Below are positions 1-8,148 of a DNA stretch of 33,892 bases, in pieces. Location of the stretch: positions 1-33,892 of the forward strand of contig JBDTYE010000002.1 in assembly GCA_040005895.1 (NCBI GenBank), given 5' to 3'. This stretch comes from Actinomycetota bacterium. Lineage in GTDB: Bacteria; Actinomycetota; Actinomycetes; BP-191. The notes beneath the pieces are model-generated. The model saw only the letters and a program-made list of their open reading frames with translations. It was not told the DNA's origin and ran no database searches. The translations under genes were made by a program, and so were the position numbers. Position 1 is the stretch's first letter. Every line of letters begins with the position of its first letter.

Positions 1-363
1 GACGAGCGGGAAGAGCTGGTCACCATCTAGTCGAGGCAGCAACAGCCCGGCCGCGAGAGTGCCCCCCGCCGGGCCGCCGATCGCGGCGATCCGGTTGGTG
101 ACGACAGCGCCGTACGCCGCCGGGGGCGCCGAACGGGAAACCCGCGGCCAGGCCGGTCCGGCGCCGAACGAAGCCGGCGGCGACGACGAAGAGGACGCGG
201 AAGCGTCGCCGGAAACCACGGGACTTGCCGCTGGATCGAGAGCAGCAGCCGAGGAGCGGGCGGGGGAGAGCTGATCGGCGTGCGTACGGTCGGCCGTGCA
301 GGCCGGTAGCGCCACCAGTAGTGCGGCCAGGAGCGCGCTCGCGACAGCCGCACGAGCGGTCAT
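1..363 (-). CDS. Putative lipoprotein, partial (3' end runs off the left edge)
   Basis: Not in the ORF track; translated by hand. ATG at 363 overlaps the S53 stop (ATGA). MTARAAVASALLAALLVALPAC gives a signal peptide plus lipobox-like LPAC, then a Ser/Pro/Ala linker. The frame is open to position 1. Confidence 0.7.
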   Translation of the reverse strand, partial: MTARAAVASALLAALLVALPACTADRTHADQLSPARSSAAALDPAASPVVSGDASASSSSSPPASFGAGPAWPRVSRSAPPAAYGAVVTNRIAAIGGPAGGTLAAGLLLPRLDGDQLFPLV

Positions 364-2714
364 CGCCAGTTGACGCGCAGGCCGTCGACCGTCACGACCG
401 ACCCGCTCGAAGAACGGCTGTGCTCGCCGACCACCCGTACGACGATCACCCGCGGCGCGGGGCCCGGCCAGCTCGCTACCCGTACCAGCAGCTGCCGGCG
501 CGGCACCCCGGAGTAGGTGTCGACCCGCGCGCTGAACGCTCCGCTGACGAAGACGTCTACGAGCCCACCGGTCGGCCCGGTGTCGACCATCAGGTCCACC
601 GAGCTGCCGCGGACGGCGATGGTTGCGGTGGTGCCTCCCGTCGACGACGACACCACGCTGCCCTGGTACGCAGCCGGCGCGCGTCTGCTGACCCAGTCGC
701 CCGCCAGGTTGAGCTGCGTCTGGTCGAGCGGCACCGCGATCTGCGCCGACTTCCAAGCCGATACGTTGCCGACCTTGTCGCTGGCCCGCACCTGCAGGGT
801 GTAGATCGCGCCAGGAATCAGGGTCGCGGTCCAGGACGTGCTCGCGCCGCTGAAGGACCGCAGCGGCTGCACCGAGCCGTACCGGGTCACGACCGCTTCA
901 TACCGCGCGACACCTACGCCGGGGGGCGGATCCTGCGCGCCCCAGGAGAAACGCGCCACGGTGGCGTTCGCCGAGGTGAGCCTGACGGCGGCGGAAACGA
1001 CGGGTGGTGTCGCGTCGTAAATCGTGTAGGCGGCGCCGGGGAACTCCAGACCCGCGGCGTCGAAGCCCACGACGATGACCCGCACCAGCCGGCTCCTGCC
1101 CGGGCTCAGCCTGAGCAGGACGGGCGCGCCCGCCGGGTTGAGGACGGCGTCGGGGGCGAGATCGGGGGTGTCGCAGTGCGCGTCCGCGTTGCTCTCGCAG
1201 ATGCGGTATCGCGCGAAGACTCGTCCGGCCGGGAGGGCGATCGTCACAGGGACGGCAAGGGAGCTCGTGGCGACCGGGACGGAGACGATCGGCCCGGCCG
1301 TCAGAAGCGGCAGCAACCGGTCCCACAGGGGCGCGCCGAGCCCCGACACCGGGTCGTAGCCGGCCCCGGCGGCGTACCCGAAGTTGTCTCCCTCGACCAC
1401 GTCGCGGAAGGCCTGCGGGTTGGCGTAGAGGATCGGCAACAGGGGGCGGCCCAGCCCCTTGCGCTTGCCCGCAGCGGCCAGGGTCGCGGCGAAATGACCG
1501 GCGGTCACTGGCGAGGCGAGGCTGGTCCCGCCGCCGCCGACCCAACCGCCGTGGCTGCCCGCGAAGATGTGGAAATCAGACCGCGGGTCCGCGACTGCCG
1601 CGATGTCGGGAACGATCCGGCCCTTGGCGCCGGCCGGCTCCTGCGGCAACGACGCCGGTTGCCAGGACGGCCGCGCGAACACGGTAGAGAAGCCGCCGCC
1701 GCCGGCCGCCGAACTGCCGGGCACGCTCTCCTGCCAGCCGACTTCGCTCCACGAGCCGTCAGCGCCGCGGTCGATCCGGGTGCCGCCGACCCCGACGACG
1801 TAGGGGGAGGATGCGGGGAAGTCGACCGCTGCCGTCGTCTGCAGACGCGGGGTGACACAGTCCAGCACCCCCGAGTCGCCAGCTGCGGCGAAGACGGTCT
1901 TGCCTGCTGCGACGATGCGGGCCATCGCGTCGTTGATCGCCCGCATCGCGCCGGCGGACATCTCGAACTCGCACTGACCCCAGGACAGGCTGAGTACGTC
2001 GAACTCGTCGTGTTCGGCGGCAGTGGCGATCGCGTCGTACATCTGCACCGCGCCGAGATCGGTGTTGTGGCCGAAGAAGATGACCTGCGCGGCGCCAGGC
2101 GCCGCGGCGAGCAGCGCCTCGTGGTCGAGGGCGACCTCGACCTCGTCGCCGGTGCCGTCGACGGCGGTCGGGTCGGCGCCGCCGACAGGTCTCTCGGTCA
2201 CCGATGGCATGGGCACTCCGGTCCCGGCGGCGTACGTCTCGAGGTCCGTCCGCAACCAGCCGGAGAACTGCGCGGTCGCAACCGTCATCCCGGCCGCACT
2301 GCCACCGGTTCCGAAGACCTGGTAGGCCGACCGGAGGTCCGCTGCGGTCAGACCGCCCACTTTCACGTGCGGTCGCCACCGCGATGTCGTGTCAAGACCG
2401 ACAACGGCGCTGACCGCTCCTTGGAGAGCAAGCGGTACGCCGCCGCCGAACGCCGCGTGCGCCAGGCCGGCGTCGCCAGTCGCCGTGATCAGCCAGCGCG
2501 ATTGCTCGGTCACCGTGAAGTGGTGAGTGTGCAGGTAGCCGACGGCCAGGTCCCCGGCAGCGTCCGGGCGACTCGAGCGGTCGAGTGCGAGCCCGACCGT
2601 CACGGCATTGCCGGCGGGAATCGCACCGGTGTCCGCCCGCGCCACCGCCTGCAGGACGCCGAGCAGCAGGGGGGCGACCAGTAGTGCAGAAGCGCGGCGT
2701 CCGTGCAGTCGCAT
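360..2714 (-). CDS. Secreted S53 (sedolisin/kumamolisin) family serine-carboxyl peptidase with C-terminal Ig/Fn3-like and beta-sandwich domains
   Basis: Signal peptide; EVALD (catalytic E/D), SLSWG, AAGDSG (oxyanion Asp), FPASSPYVVGVGGT, PDIAAVADP, GGTSLASP (catalytic Ser), Ca-loop FRDVVEGDN..GYDPVSGLG. Fn3-like YTLQVRASDKVGNVSAW follows. Confidence 0.9.
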   Translation of the reverse strand: MRLHGRRASALLVAPLLLGVLQAVARADTGAIPAGNAVTVGLALDRSSRPDAAGDLAVGYLHTHHFTVTEQSRWLITATGDAGLAHAAFGGGVPLALQGAVSAVVGLDTTSRWRPHVKVGGLTAADLRSAYQVFGTGGSAAGMTVATAQFSGWLRTDLETYAAGTGVPMPSVTERPVGGADPTAVDGTGDEVEVALDHEALLAAAPGAAQVIFFGHNTDLGAVQMYDAIATAAEHDEFDVLSLSWGQCEFEMSAGAMRAINDAMARIVAAGKTVFAAAGDSGVLDCVTPRLQTTAAVDFPASSPYVVGVGGTRIDRGADGSWSEVGWQESVPGSSAAGGGGFSTVFARPSWQPASLPQEPAGAKGRIVPDIAAVADPRSDFHIFAGSHGGWVGGGGTSLASPVTAGHFAATLAAAGKRKGLGRPLLPILYANPQAFRDVVEGDNFGYAAGAGYDPVSGLGAPLWDRLLPLLTAGPIVSVPVATSSLAVPVTIALPAGRVFARYRICESNADAHCDTPDLAPDAVLNPAGAPVLLRLSPGRSRLVRVIVVGFDAAGLEFPGAAYTIYDATPPVVSAAVRLTSANATVARFSWGAQDPPPGVGVARYEAVVTRYGSVQPLRSFSGASTSWTATLIPGAIYTLQVRASDKVGNVSAWKSAQIAVPLDQTQLNLAGDWVSRRAPAAYQGSVVSSSTGGTTATIAVRGSSVDLMVDTGPTGGLVDVFVSGAFSARVDTYSGVPRRQLLVRVASWPGPAPRVIVVRVVGEHSRSSSGSVVTVDGLRVNWR

Positions 2715-2767
2715 GGGCTTCCTATCGGCGGCTGATGGACCGCCCCGTATCGTGCCACTTCCTGGCG

Positions 2768-5131
2768 TCAGCCCCGGCCGAACAGGCCCTTGCGCTTCTT
2801 CCCCTTGTCCGACTGGCCGCCGGACGGACGCGAGCCGGCGCCGACTGATGTGCTCGGCCTGCTCGGGGCCGGGGTTGGTTCGTCCTCGAAGCCCAGCGAA
2901 GACAGTTCGCGCATCAGTGAGGCGGTGTCGGTCATCACCGGCGCGCTTGCCGGTGCCGGGGGAGCCGGTGCAGGCGGGGGCGGGGGTGGTGGCGGCGTCT
3001 CCTCGAGTTCGCGGAGTGCATCAGCGGCTTGCTGAGCGGCAAGCGCAGCGGCGGTGGCTTCCTCTTCAGCGAGCCGGGCAGCTGCGGCCTCTTCGTCGGC
3101 GAGCCGAATTGCGGCCGCCTCCTCTTCCGCGACCAGGCGCACGGCCTCCGCTTCGGCGGCGACGCGCATTTCCTCCTGCGCGGCAACGACCATCTCCGCC
3201 AGCTGCTCCGAAACCAGCCGAGCCTCTTCCTCCTCGGCGGTCAGCCTGGCATCCTCGTGCTGCGCGGCGAGCCGTTGCGCTGCCTCTTCCGCGGCGATGC
3301 GGGCCGCTTCGTGTTGAACTGCGAGGAGGGCGACTTCTTCCTCTGCAGCGACCCGGGCGACTTCCCGCTGTGCGGCGAGCCGGGCGGATTCCTCCTCGGC
3401 GGCCAAGCGTGCAGCCTCGGCCTCGGCAAGCGCGACCTCTGCTGCGGCAACCCGGGCCGCCTCCTCGTCGGCCGCGATCCGGCGGGCCTCTTCAGCGACG
3501 AGGTGAGCTGCTTCCTGCGCAGCGAGCCGCTCGGCTTCCTCCGCCGCGAGGCGCTCGGTCTCCTCTGCCGCGAGGCGCTCGGTCTCCTCTGCAGCGGCGA
3601 GGCGCTCGGCTTCCTCTGCAGCCTCCCGTTCCTCCTGCTCGGCAACCAGCCGCGCCTGCTCGGCCGCCAGCTGCTCCTGCTGTTCGGCAATCTCAGCTGC
3701 CTGCGACTCGTCGGCGCGCTTGCGGGCGTCCTCGAACCTGCGCCGCTGCTCTTCCATCTCCTGATGCGCGGCAGACATCTCCGCGGCGGCAGCTTCGCGG
3801 ATGACACGGGAGCGGTGCTCGTCCTCGCTCTCGTCCGGCGGCAGATACTCGGGGTTGAACATCGAAATCGCCTCGGAGGGCTGGCTGCCGAGCAGCGCAC
3901 TGAGAGCCTTGGAGACGGCGGAGAGCGATTCGTCGAAGCCGTTGCGGTGCCCGAAGCCCACTGAGTACCTCGGGAGGCTCGCGTCGGGGTCGGCGTACGG
4001 CTCGTCGGCGAACGCGTCCGGATCGAGCGGCGGCAGCTCGTAGGCCGTGTAGGTCCGGCCATCGCCACTCTCCTCGCTCGCAGCGCCTTCATCGGCCGGC
4101 CGCTCCTCGACAACGACGTCGTCGATCACGTCGAGGTCGTCGCGGAACGACATCAGCCGGGTGAGTTCGCTGCCGACCGAGCTCTCGTCGAACTCCTCGG
4201 CCTCGTCGGCGACCAGCGGCAGCACCAGTGAGCTGAGATAGGAAGGCATCGCCAGATCCGCGTCGTCGGACCCGTACGACACCAGAACGGATTCGTCGGA
4301 GAAGTCGGTCTCCATGTCGTCGCCGCCACCGAAGGCGGCCATCAGCCGGGCTGCCGCCGACCGTGGGCTCATGGCGGGAGCCTGGTCATCGTTCGCCGGG
4401 TCGTCGTCGGCGGACTCCGGGGCTGCCGGTTCCATCTCGAGGAGTCCCGTCGTCACCAGCGACGACACGATCTGGCCCGCCTCGAAGTCGGTGAACCCGC
4501 AGTCCCGCGCCAGCTGGTGGATATTGCGCTCGCCGTCGACCTTGCACAGCAGCGCCCACTCGTCCTGGTCCAGCGCCATCTCGGCACTCGCCAGCCCGCC
4601 GGCACCCAGAACGGGCACCGAGTCGATGGTGCGGATCACGTCGAGGACCACAGCCCAGTCCTGATCGCGCCGGGTGATCTCCTCGAGGACCCCTGGTACG
4701 TCGACCGCTGCGGCTATGTCTTCTCGTGTCTTCTCGTTCTTGCGGAATTTCCACGTCCCCGAGGGCCAGCGGGACATCTCGAAACAGGAGTCGCGCACCT
4801 GTTCGACGCTGAACGCCTCCACCACCTCTGCCTCGACGAAGCCGAGGTGCACCAGCAGCTCGCCGAGCCGCCAGCCCTGCAGTTCGGTGGCCTGCGCTTC
4901 GAGGGCCTCCTCAAGAGCCTCGGGGGCCAGCGCGCCGCTCGAGATCAACCGGGCCCCGAGCTGCGGGCGCCGGCCGGGCAGGAATGCGGAGTAGATCAGG
5001 CCGCTCTTGAAGTAGACGAGGGCCTCGTCGCCGTCGGGTCCTTCTACATGCAGACAGCCGATAGCACCGGACGTCGAAAGATCGGAAATGACCGCGCCGA
5101 ATCCCGTGGTGGCCAGGTCGCCCTTGAGCAC
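2768..5131 (-). CDS. DUF4388/PATAN-like protein with tandem MshEN-like motif, acidic linker, Ala/Glu coiled coil and basic amphipathic C-terminus
   Basis: The N-terminus LKGDL...G.LHV...ALVYFKSGLIYSA...W.SGTWKF is DUF4388-like. A wHTH-like EWALLCKVDGERNIHQLARDCG follows. RBS GGAGGTG favours the GTG at 5131. The protein ends KKRKGLFGRG. Confidence 0.8.
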   Translation of the reverse strand: MLKGDLATTGFGAVISDLSTSGAIGCLHVEGPDGDEALVYFKSGLIYSAFLPGRRPQLGARLISSGALAPEALEEALEAQATELQGWRLGELLVHLGFVEAEVVEAFSVEQVRDSCFEMSRWPSGTWKFRKNEKTREDIAAAVDVPGVLEEITRRDQDWAVVLDVIRTIDSVPVLGAGGLASAEMALDQDEWALLCKVDGERNIHQLARDCGFTDFEAGQIVSSLVTTGLLEMEPAAPESADDDPANDDQAPAMSPRSAAARLMAAFGGGDDMETDFSDESVLVSYGSDDADLAMPSYLSSLVLPLVADEAEEFDESSVGSELTRLMSFRDDLDVIDDVVVEERPADEGAASEESGDGRTYTAYELPPLDPDAFADEPYADPDASLPRYSVGFGHRNGFDESLSAVSKALSALLGSQPSEAISMFNPEYLPPDESEDEHRSRVIREAAAAEMSAAHQEMEEQRRRFEDARKRADESQAAEIAEQQEQLAAEQARLVAEQEEREAAEEAERLAAAEETERLAAEETERLAAEEAERLAAQEAAHLVAEEARRIAADEEAARVAAAEVALAEAEAARLAAEEESARLAAQREVARVAAEEEVALLAVQHEAARIAAEEAAQRLAAQHEDARLTAEEEEARLVSEQLAEMVVAAQEEMRVAAEAEAVRLVAEEEAAAIRLADEEAAAARLAEEEATAAALAAQQAADALRELEETPPPPPPPPAPAPPAPASAPVMTDTASLMRELSSLGFEDEPTPAPSRPSTSVGAGSRPSGGQSDKGKKRKGLFGRG
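3010..3800 (-). repeat. Coding repeat region (8-9 aa AAEE(A/T)ERL-type units) including a perfect 24-bp tandem duplication at 3543-3590
   Basis: gccgcgaggcgctcggtctcctct occurs at 3543-3566 and 3567-3590, with degenerate copies on both sides. Region bounds are approximate. Confidence 0.85.
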
Positions 5132-5193
5132 GACCACCTCCCGAGAGACACGCTGCGGCTGACAGACCTTCAGGCATCCAGGTCCGTGTTAGC

Positions 5194-5222
5194 CCATCGG
5201 CACGATCGGCCGAAGTGTTGAG
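5194..5222 (-). promoter_or_regulatory. sigma28/WhiG/FliA-type promoter of the DUF4388 gene
   Basis: The minus strand reads CTCAA-cacttcggccgatcgt(16 nt)-GCCGATGG about 60 nt upstream of the start codon. The sigma28 consensus is TAAA-N15/16-GCCGATAA. Confidence 0.65.
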
Positions 5223-5265
5223 CCGGATGGCGCAGCGGATTGGCGACCGTGCCACGATCAGCCCC

Positions 5266-6102
5266 ATGGCTTTCGGAACCATGATCACGGTTGCCCCGAC
5301 AGGCGCGGAAACCGCCCCTGAGGCGGCTCCTGCACTGCCTGTCACCACGGCTGCCCTGGTGGCAGCGGGCGTCGCGTGTGAGGCGGCCGGAGCCGCCGTG
5401 ATCCACGTCCATGTGCGCGACGACAGGGGCGCCTCGACCGTCGACGTGGAGCGCTACAGCGAAGCGGTCAAGGCGCTCCGGACTGCCACCGGGCTCATCG
5501 TGCAGGTCTCTACGGGCGGAGCTGTCAGCGATACCGAGGAGGCGCGACTCGCAATTCTCGACTGCGGCGCCGAGTCCGCCAGTCTCACGCTCGGCACCGT
5601 CAACTTCGGCGACGACGTCTTCCTCAACCGCTGGCCGTTCGTGGTGCGGCTCTACGAGCGGATGCGCCAACTGGGCGTCACACCCGAGTTCGAATGCTTC
5701 GACACCGGGCATCTCGCCGCTTTGCACCGGCTGCTCGAAAAGCACGGCCCACCGGTCGGCGGGCGGGTGCACGTCGACCTGGTGTGCGGCGTACCCGGCG
5801 GCATGCCCGGTACGCCGTCCGCCCTGGCTCATGCGGTCTCCATGCTGCCGCCGGGGGCATCGTTCAGCGCCACCGGGATCGGCCGCACGACGCTGCCCGT
5901 GGCACTGGCAACCCTCGGTCACGGCGGTCATCTGCGCGTCGGCATGGAGGACACGCTGACATTTGCCCCCGGCGAACCGGTAGGAGACAACGCACAACTG
6001 GTCACGCGGGCCGCTGCGCTCGCTACGCTGGCGGGGCGACCGCCACTCGGGGTGGCCGCATCGCGCCTACTGCTCGGCCTGAGCCCAGACAAGACGACCT
6101 GA
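5266..6102 (+). CDS. Beta-keto acid cleavage enzyme (BKACE/DUF849, 3-keto-5-aminohexanoate cleavage family)
   Basis: ITVAPTGAE, IHVHVRD (metal-binding His pair), QVSTGG, GTVNFG, PEFECFD, GHLRVGMED. Start placed at ATG 5266, 7 nt after a CACGAT -10-like hexamer. Confidence 0.9.
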   Translation: MAFGTMITVAPTGAETAPEAAPALPVTTAALVAAGVACEAAGAAVIHVHVRDDRGASTVDVERYSEAVKALRTATGLIVQVSTGGAVSDTEEARLAILDCGAESASLTLGTVNFGDDVFLNRWPFVVRLYERMRQLGVTPEFECFDTGHLAALHRLLEKHGPPVGGRVHVDLVCGVPGGMPGTPSALAHAVSMLPPGASFSATGIGRTTLPVALATLGHGGHLRVGMEDTLTFAPGEPVGDNAQLVTRAAALATLAGRPPLGVAASRLLLGLSPDKTT

Positions 6103-6117
6103 TGAGGAGCTGACCTC

Positions 6118-6675
6118 GTGGCGACTTCGCCCCACGGCAACCGGCGGATCGACCGCGTGCTGGCCCCGGACTATCTCGCCCGCATCGGCAAGGCGTCGAT
6201 GCCTGAGCTGCGGACCTACCGTGAGGAGGCCTTGCAGGAGGAGACCGACCTCTCCTACATCCGCCGCCTCGTCCAGGGCCGGATGGACATCATCTCCGCC
6301 GAGCTCGACCGCCGCGACGGCGGCAGCACGACCTCTCTGCTGGAGGCCCTGCCCGGCATCCTCGCCGACGACCACGAGCGCTCGCCCGCCTACGGCCTCG
6401 GCCGGCACGCCGTGATCGAGCCCAGCCGCGCGGCCGAGCACCGCAGGTACGTCGAGCAGCTGGTCGCCGACGTCGACCTCTCCGACGTCTCCGCCCGCGA
6501 ACCCGCCGAGCTGATCACCGTGCTGGAGGCCCTGCGCGACGAGGAGGAGGAACTCTCCGACAAGCGGCGCCAGGTTCAGCGGGTCGTCGACGCCTGCAGC
6601 GCCGAGGTGACCCGGCGTTACCGTGACGGCGAAGCCGACGCCGGCCAACTCCTCGAAGAGCAGCAGCCGCACTGA
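6118..6675 (+). CDS. rsiG: RsiG (AmfC) c-di-GMP-binding anti-sigma factor for WhiG, twin-motif type
   Basis: Two exact ExxxSxxRxxxQxxxD motifs: ETDLSYIRRLVQGRMD (6241-6288) and EEELSDKRRQVQRVVD (6544-6591). C-terminal EVTRRYRDGEA; RBS GAGGAG. Confidence 0.92.
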   Translation: MATSPHGNRRIDRVLAPDYLARIGKASMPELRTYREEALQEETDLSYIRRLVQGRMDIISAELDRRDGGSTTSLLEALPGILADDHERSPAYGLGRHAVIEPSRAAEHRRYVEQLVADVDLSDVSAREPAELITVLEALRDEEEELSDKRRQVQRVVDACSAEVTRRYRDGEADAGQLLEEQQPH

Positions 6676-6688
6676 TCCGCGCGTCGTC

Positions 6689-7663
6689 ATGACAGTCCTT
6701 GCGGAAGTGGTCCGATCCGGGCTCGTCGAGAGCCGGCATCACGGCAGCGTCGTGGCGGTCGACGCCTCGGGCCGGGTCGTGCTCTCCGGCGGTACGCCAG
6801 ACGCGCCGATCTTCCCGCGGTCCTCGAGCAAGCCGATGCAGGCGTGCGCCGCGATGCTGACCGGCATGGTCGACACGTTCGGCCTCACCGACCGGCAGCT
6901 GGCAGTTATCGCTGCCAGCCATTCCGGCGAGCAGATGCACCTCGACCTGGTGCGCGAGGTCCTGACCCGGGCCGGTGTCGCTGAGAGCGACCTGGGCTGC
7001 CCGCATGGCTGGCCCCTCGATGCGAGCATGCGGCGTACCCTCGCGGCCCGCGACGTCCAGCCGTCGCGCATCTTCCATGACTGTTCCGGCAAGCACGCGG
7101 GCATGCTCGCGGCCTGCGTAGCGGCTGGCTGGCCCACGCAGGGCTACACAGCGCCGGATCACCCGCTGCAGATACAGGTCCGCCGGGTGATCGAGGAGTT
7201 CGCGGGCGAGACCGTGCAGGCGGTCGGCATCGACGGCTGCGGCGCGCCGGTGTTCGCCACCTCGCTGACCAGCATCGCGCGCTCGTTCGCCCGTCTCGCG
7301 GCGGCCGAGCCGGGGACACCGGCGTACGCCGTCGGGTCGGCGATGCGGGCCCATCCGGAGGTGGTCGGAGGCACCGGGCGGGACGTGACCGAACTGATGC
7401 GGGCTGTCCCCGGCCTGCTCGCCAAGGACGGGGCGGAAGGCGTCTACGCCGCCGTCACGCGGGACGGCATCGGCGTGGCGATCAAGATCGACGACGGCGC
7501 GTCGCGGGCCAGGGTGCCGGTGCTTGTCGCGGCGCTGCGGCGGATCGGCGCCCTCGACGACGCCGGCGATCTGCAGGCGTTGGAGCACCCGGCCGTGCTG
7601 GGCGGCGGCGAGCGCGTCGGCGAGGTCAGGGCGGTCGACGCGGCCACGAACGCTTCCACCTGA
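6689..7663 (+). CDS. Class 3 (Rhizobium etli-type, asparaginase II) L-asparaginase
   Basis: VVRSGLVESRHHG, RSSSKPMQA, ASHSGE, HDCSGKHAGML, DGCGAP, KDGAEGV. Start placed at ATG 6689. Confidence 0.88.
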   Translation: MTVLAEVVRSGLVESRHHGSVVAVDASGRVVLSGGTPDAPIFPRSSSKPMQACAAMLTGMVDTFGLTDRQLAVIAASHSGEQMHLDLVREVLTRAGVAESDLGCPHGWPLDASMRRTLAARDVQPSRIFHDCSGKHAGMLAACVAAGWPTQGYTAPDHPLQIQVRRVIEEFAGETVQAVGIDGCGAPVFATSLTSIARSFARLAAAEPGTPAYAVGSAMRAHPEVVGGTGRDVTELMRAVPGLLAKDGAEGVYAAVTRDGIGVAIKIDDGASRARVPVLVAALRRIGALDDAGDLQALEHPAVLGGGERVGEVRAVDAATNAST

Positions 7664-7716
7664 TGCTACGAACTGCCCCTTTTGCCCCATCTGCACCACA
7701 GCTCTAGGGTCGAGGA

Positions 7717-8091
7717 ATGCGTGAACTCGGCGACTACATCCGCGAGCAGCGGCGTACCGCAAAGATCTCGGTGCGGCAGCTGGCCCGCTTGGCGGGCGTC
7801 TCCAACCCCTACCTGAGCCAGATCGAACGCGGTCTGCGCCGGCCGAGCGCGGAGATACTGCATCAGATCGCCAAGGCCCTCGAGATCTCCGCCGAAGCCC
7901 TCTACGTCCAGGCCGGCATCCTCGACGAGCACCACGGCGACACCGATGTTCCCGGCGCGGTAATTCGTGACAGCGAGATCACCGAGCGGCAGAAGCAGGT
8001 GCTGCTCGAGATCTACTCGTCGTTCCGCACCGAGAACGCCGGATCCGTCATCGATCTGACGGACGCGGCCGGGCAGCCCACGAAGAATTGA
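7717..8091 (+). CDS. XRE-family HTH transcriptional regulator (Rv0474-like)
   Basis: LGDYIREQR...SVRQLARLAGVSNPYLSQIERGLRRPSAEIL...ALEISAEALYVQAGIL. TAGGGT lies 6 nt before the ATG. Confidence 0.9.
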   Translation: MRELGDYIREQRRTAKISVRQLARLAGVSNPYLSQIERGLRRPSAEILHQIAKALEISAEALYVQAGILDEHHGDTDVPGAVIRDSEITERQKQVLLEIYSSFRTENAGSVIDLTDAAGQPTKN

Positions 8092-8093
8092 GC

Positions 8094-8134
8094 CCGACGA
8101 CCGGGAAGGTAGGGCTGCCCTTCCCGGTCGTCGG
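8094..8134. terminator. Bidirectional intrinsic terminator hairpin between convergent genes
   Basis: Perfect 16-bp inverted repeat ccgacgaccgggaagg / ccttcccggtcgtcgg with a 9-nt loop, directly after both stop codons. Confidence 0.85.
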
Positions 8135-8148
8135 CGTAGCCGCCCCTG

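Noticed and set aside
27-353. ORF-track 108-aa and 71-aa ORFs at the left edge
   Set aside because: The other minus-strand frame from ATG 363 gives a signal peptide, a lipobox and translational coupling, which explains the region better.
225-2684. 819-aa plus-strand ORF, and similar long ORFs such as 2608-3804, 6515-7762, 18788-20053 and 32340-33533
   Set aside because: Antisense shadows of clear genes in GC-rich DNA; Arg/Pro-rich or low-complexity with no motifs.
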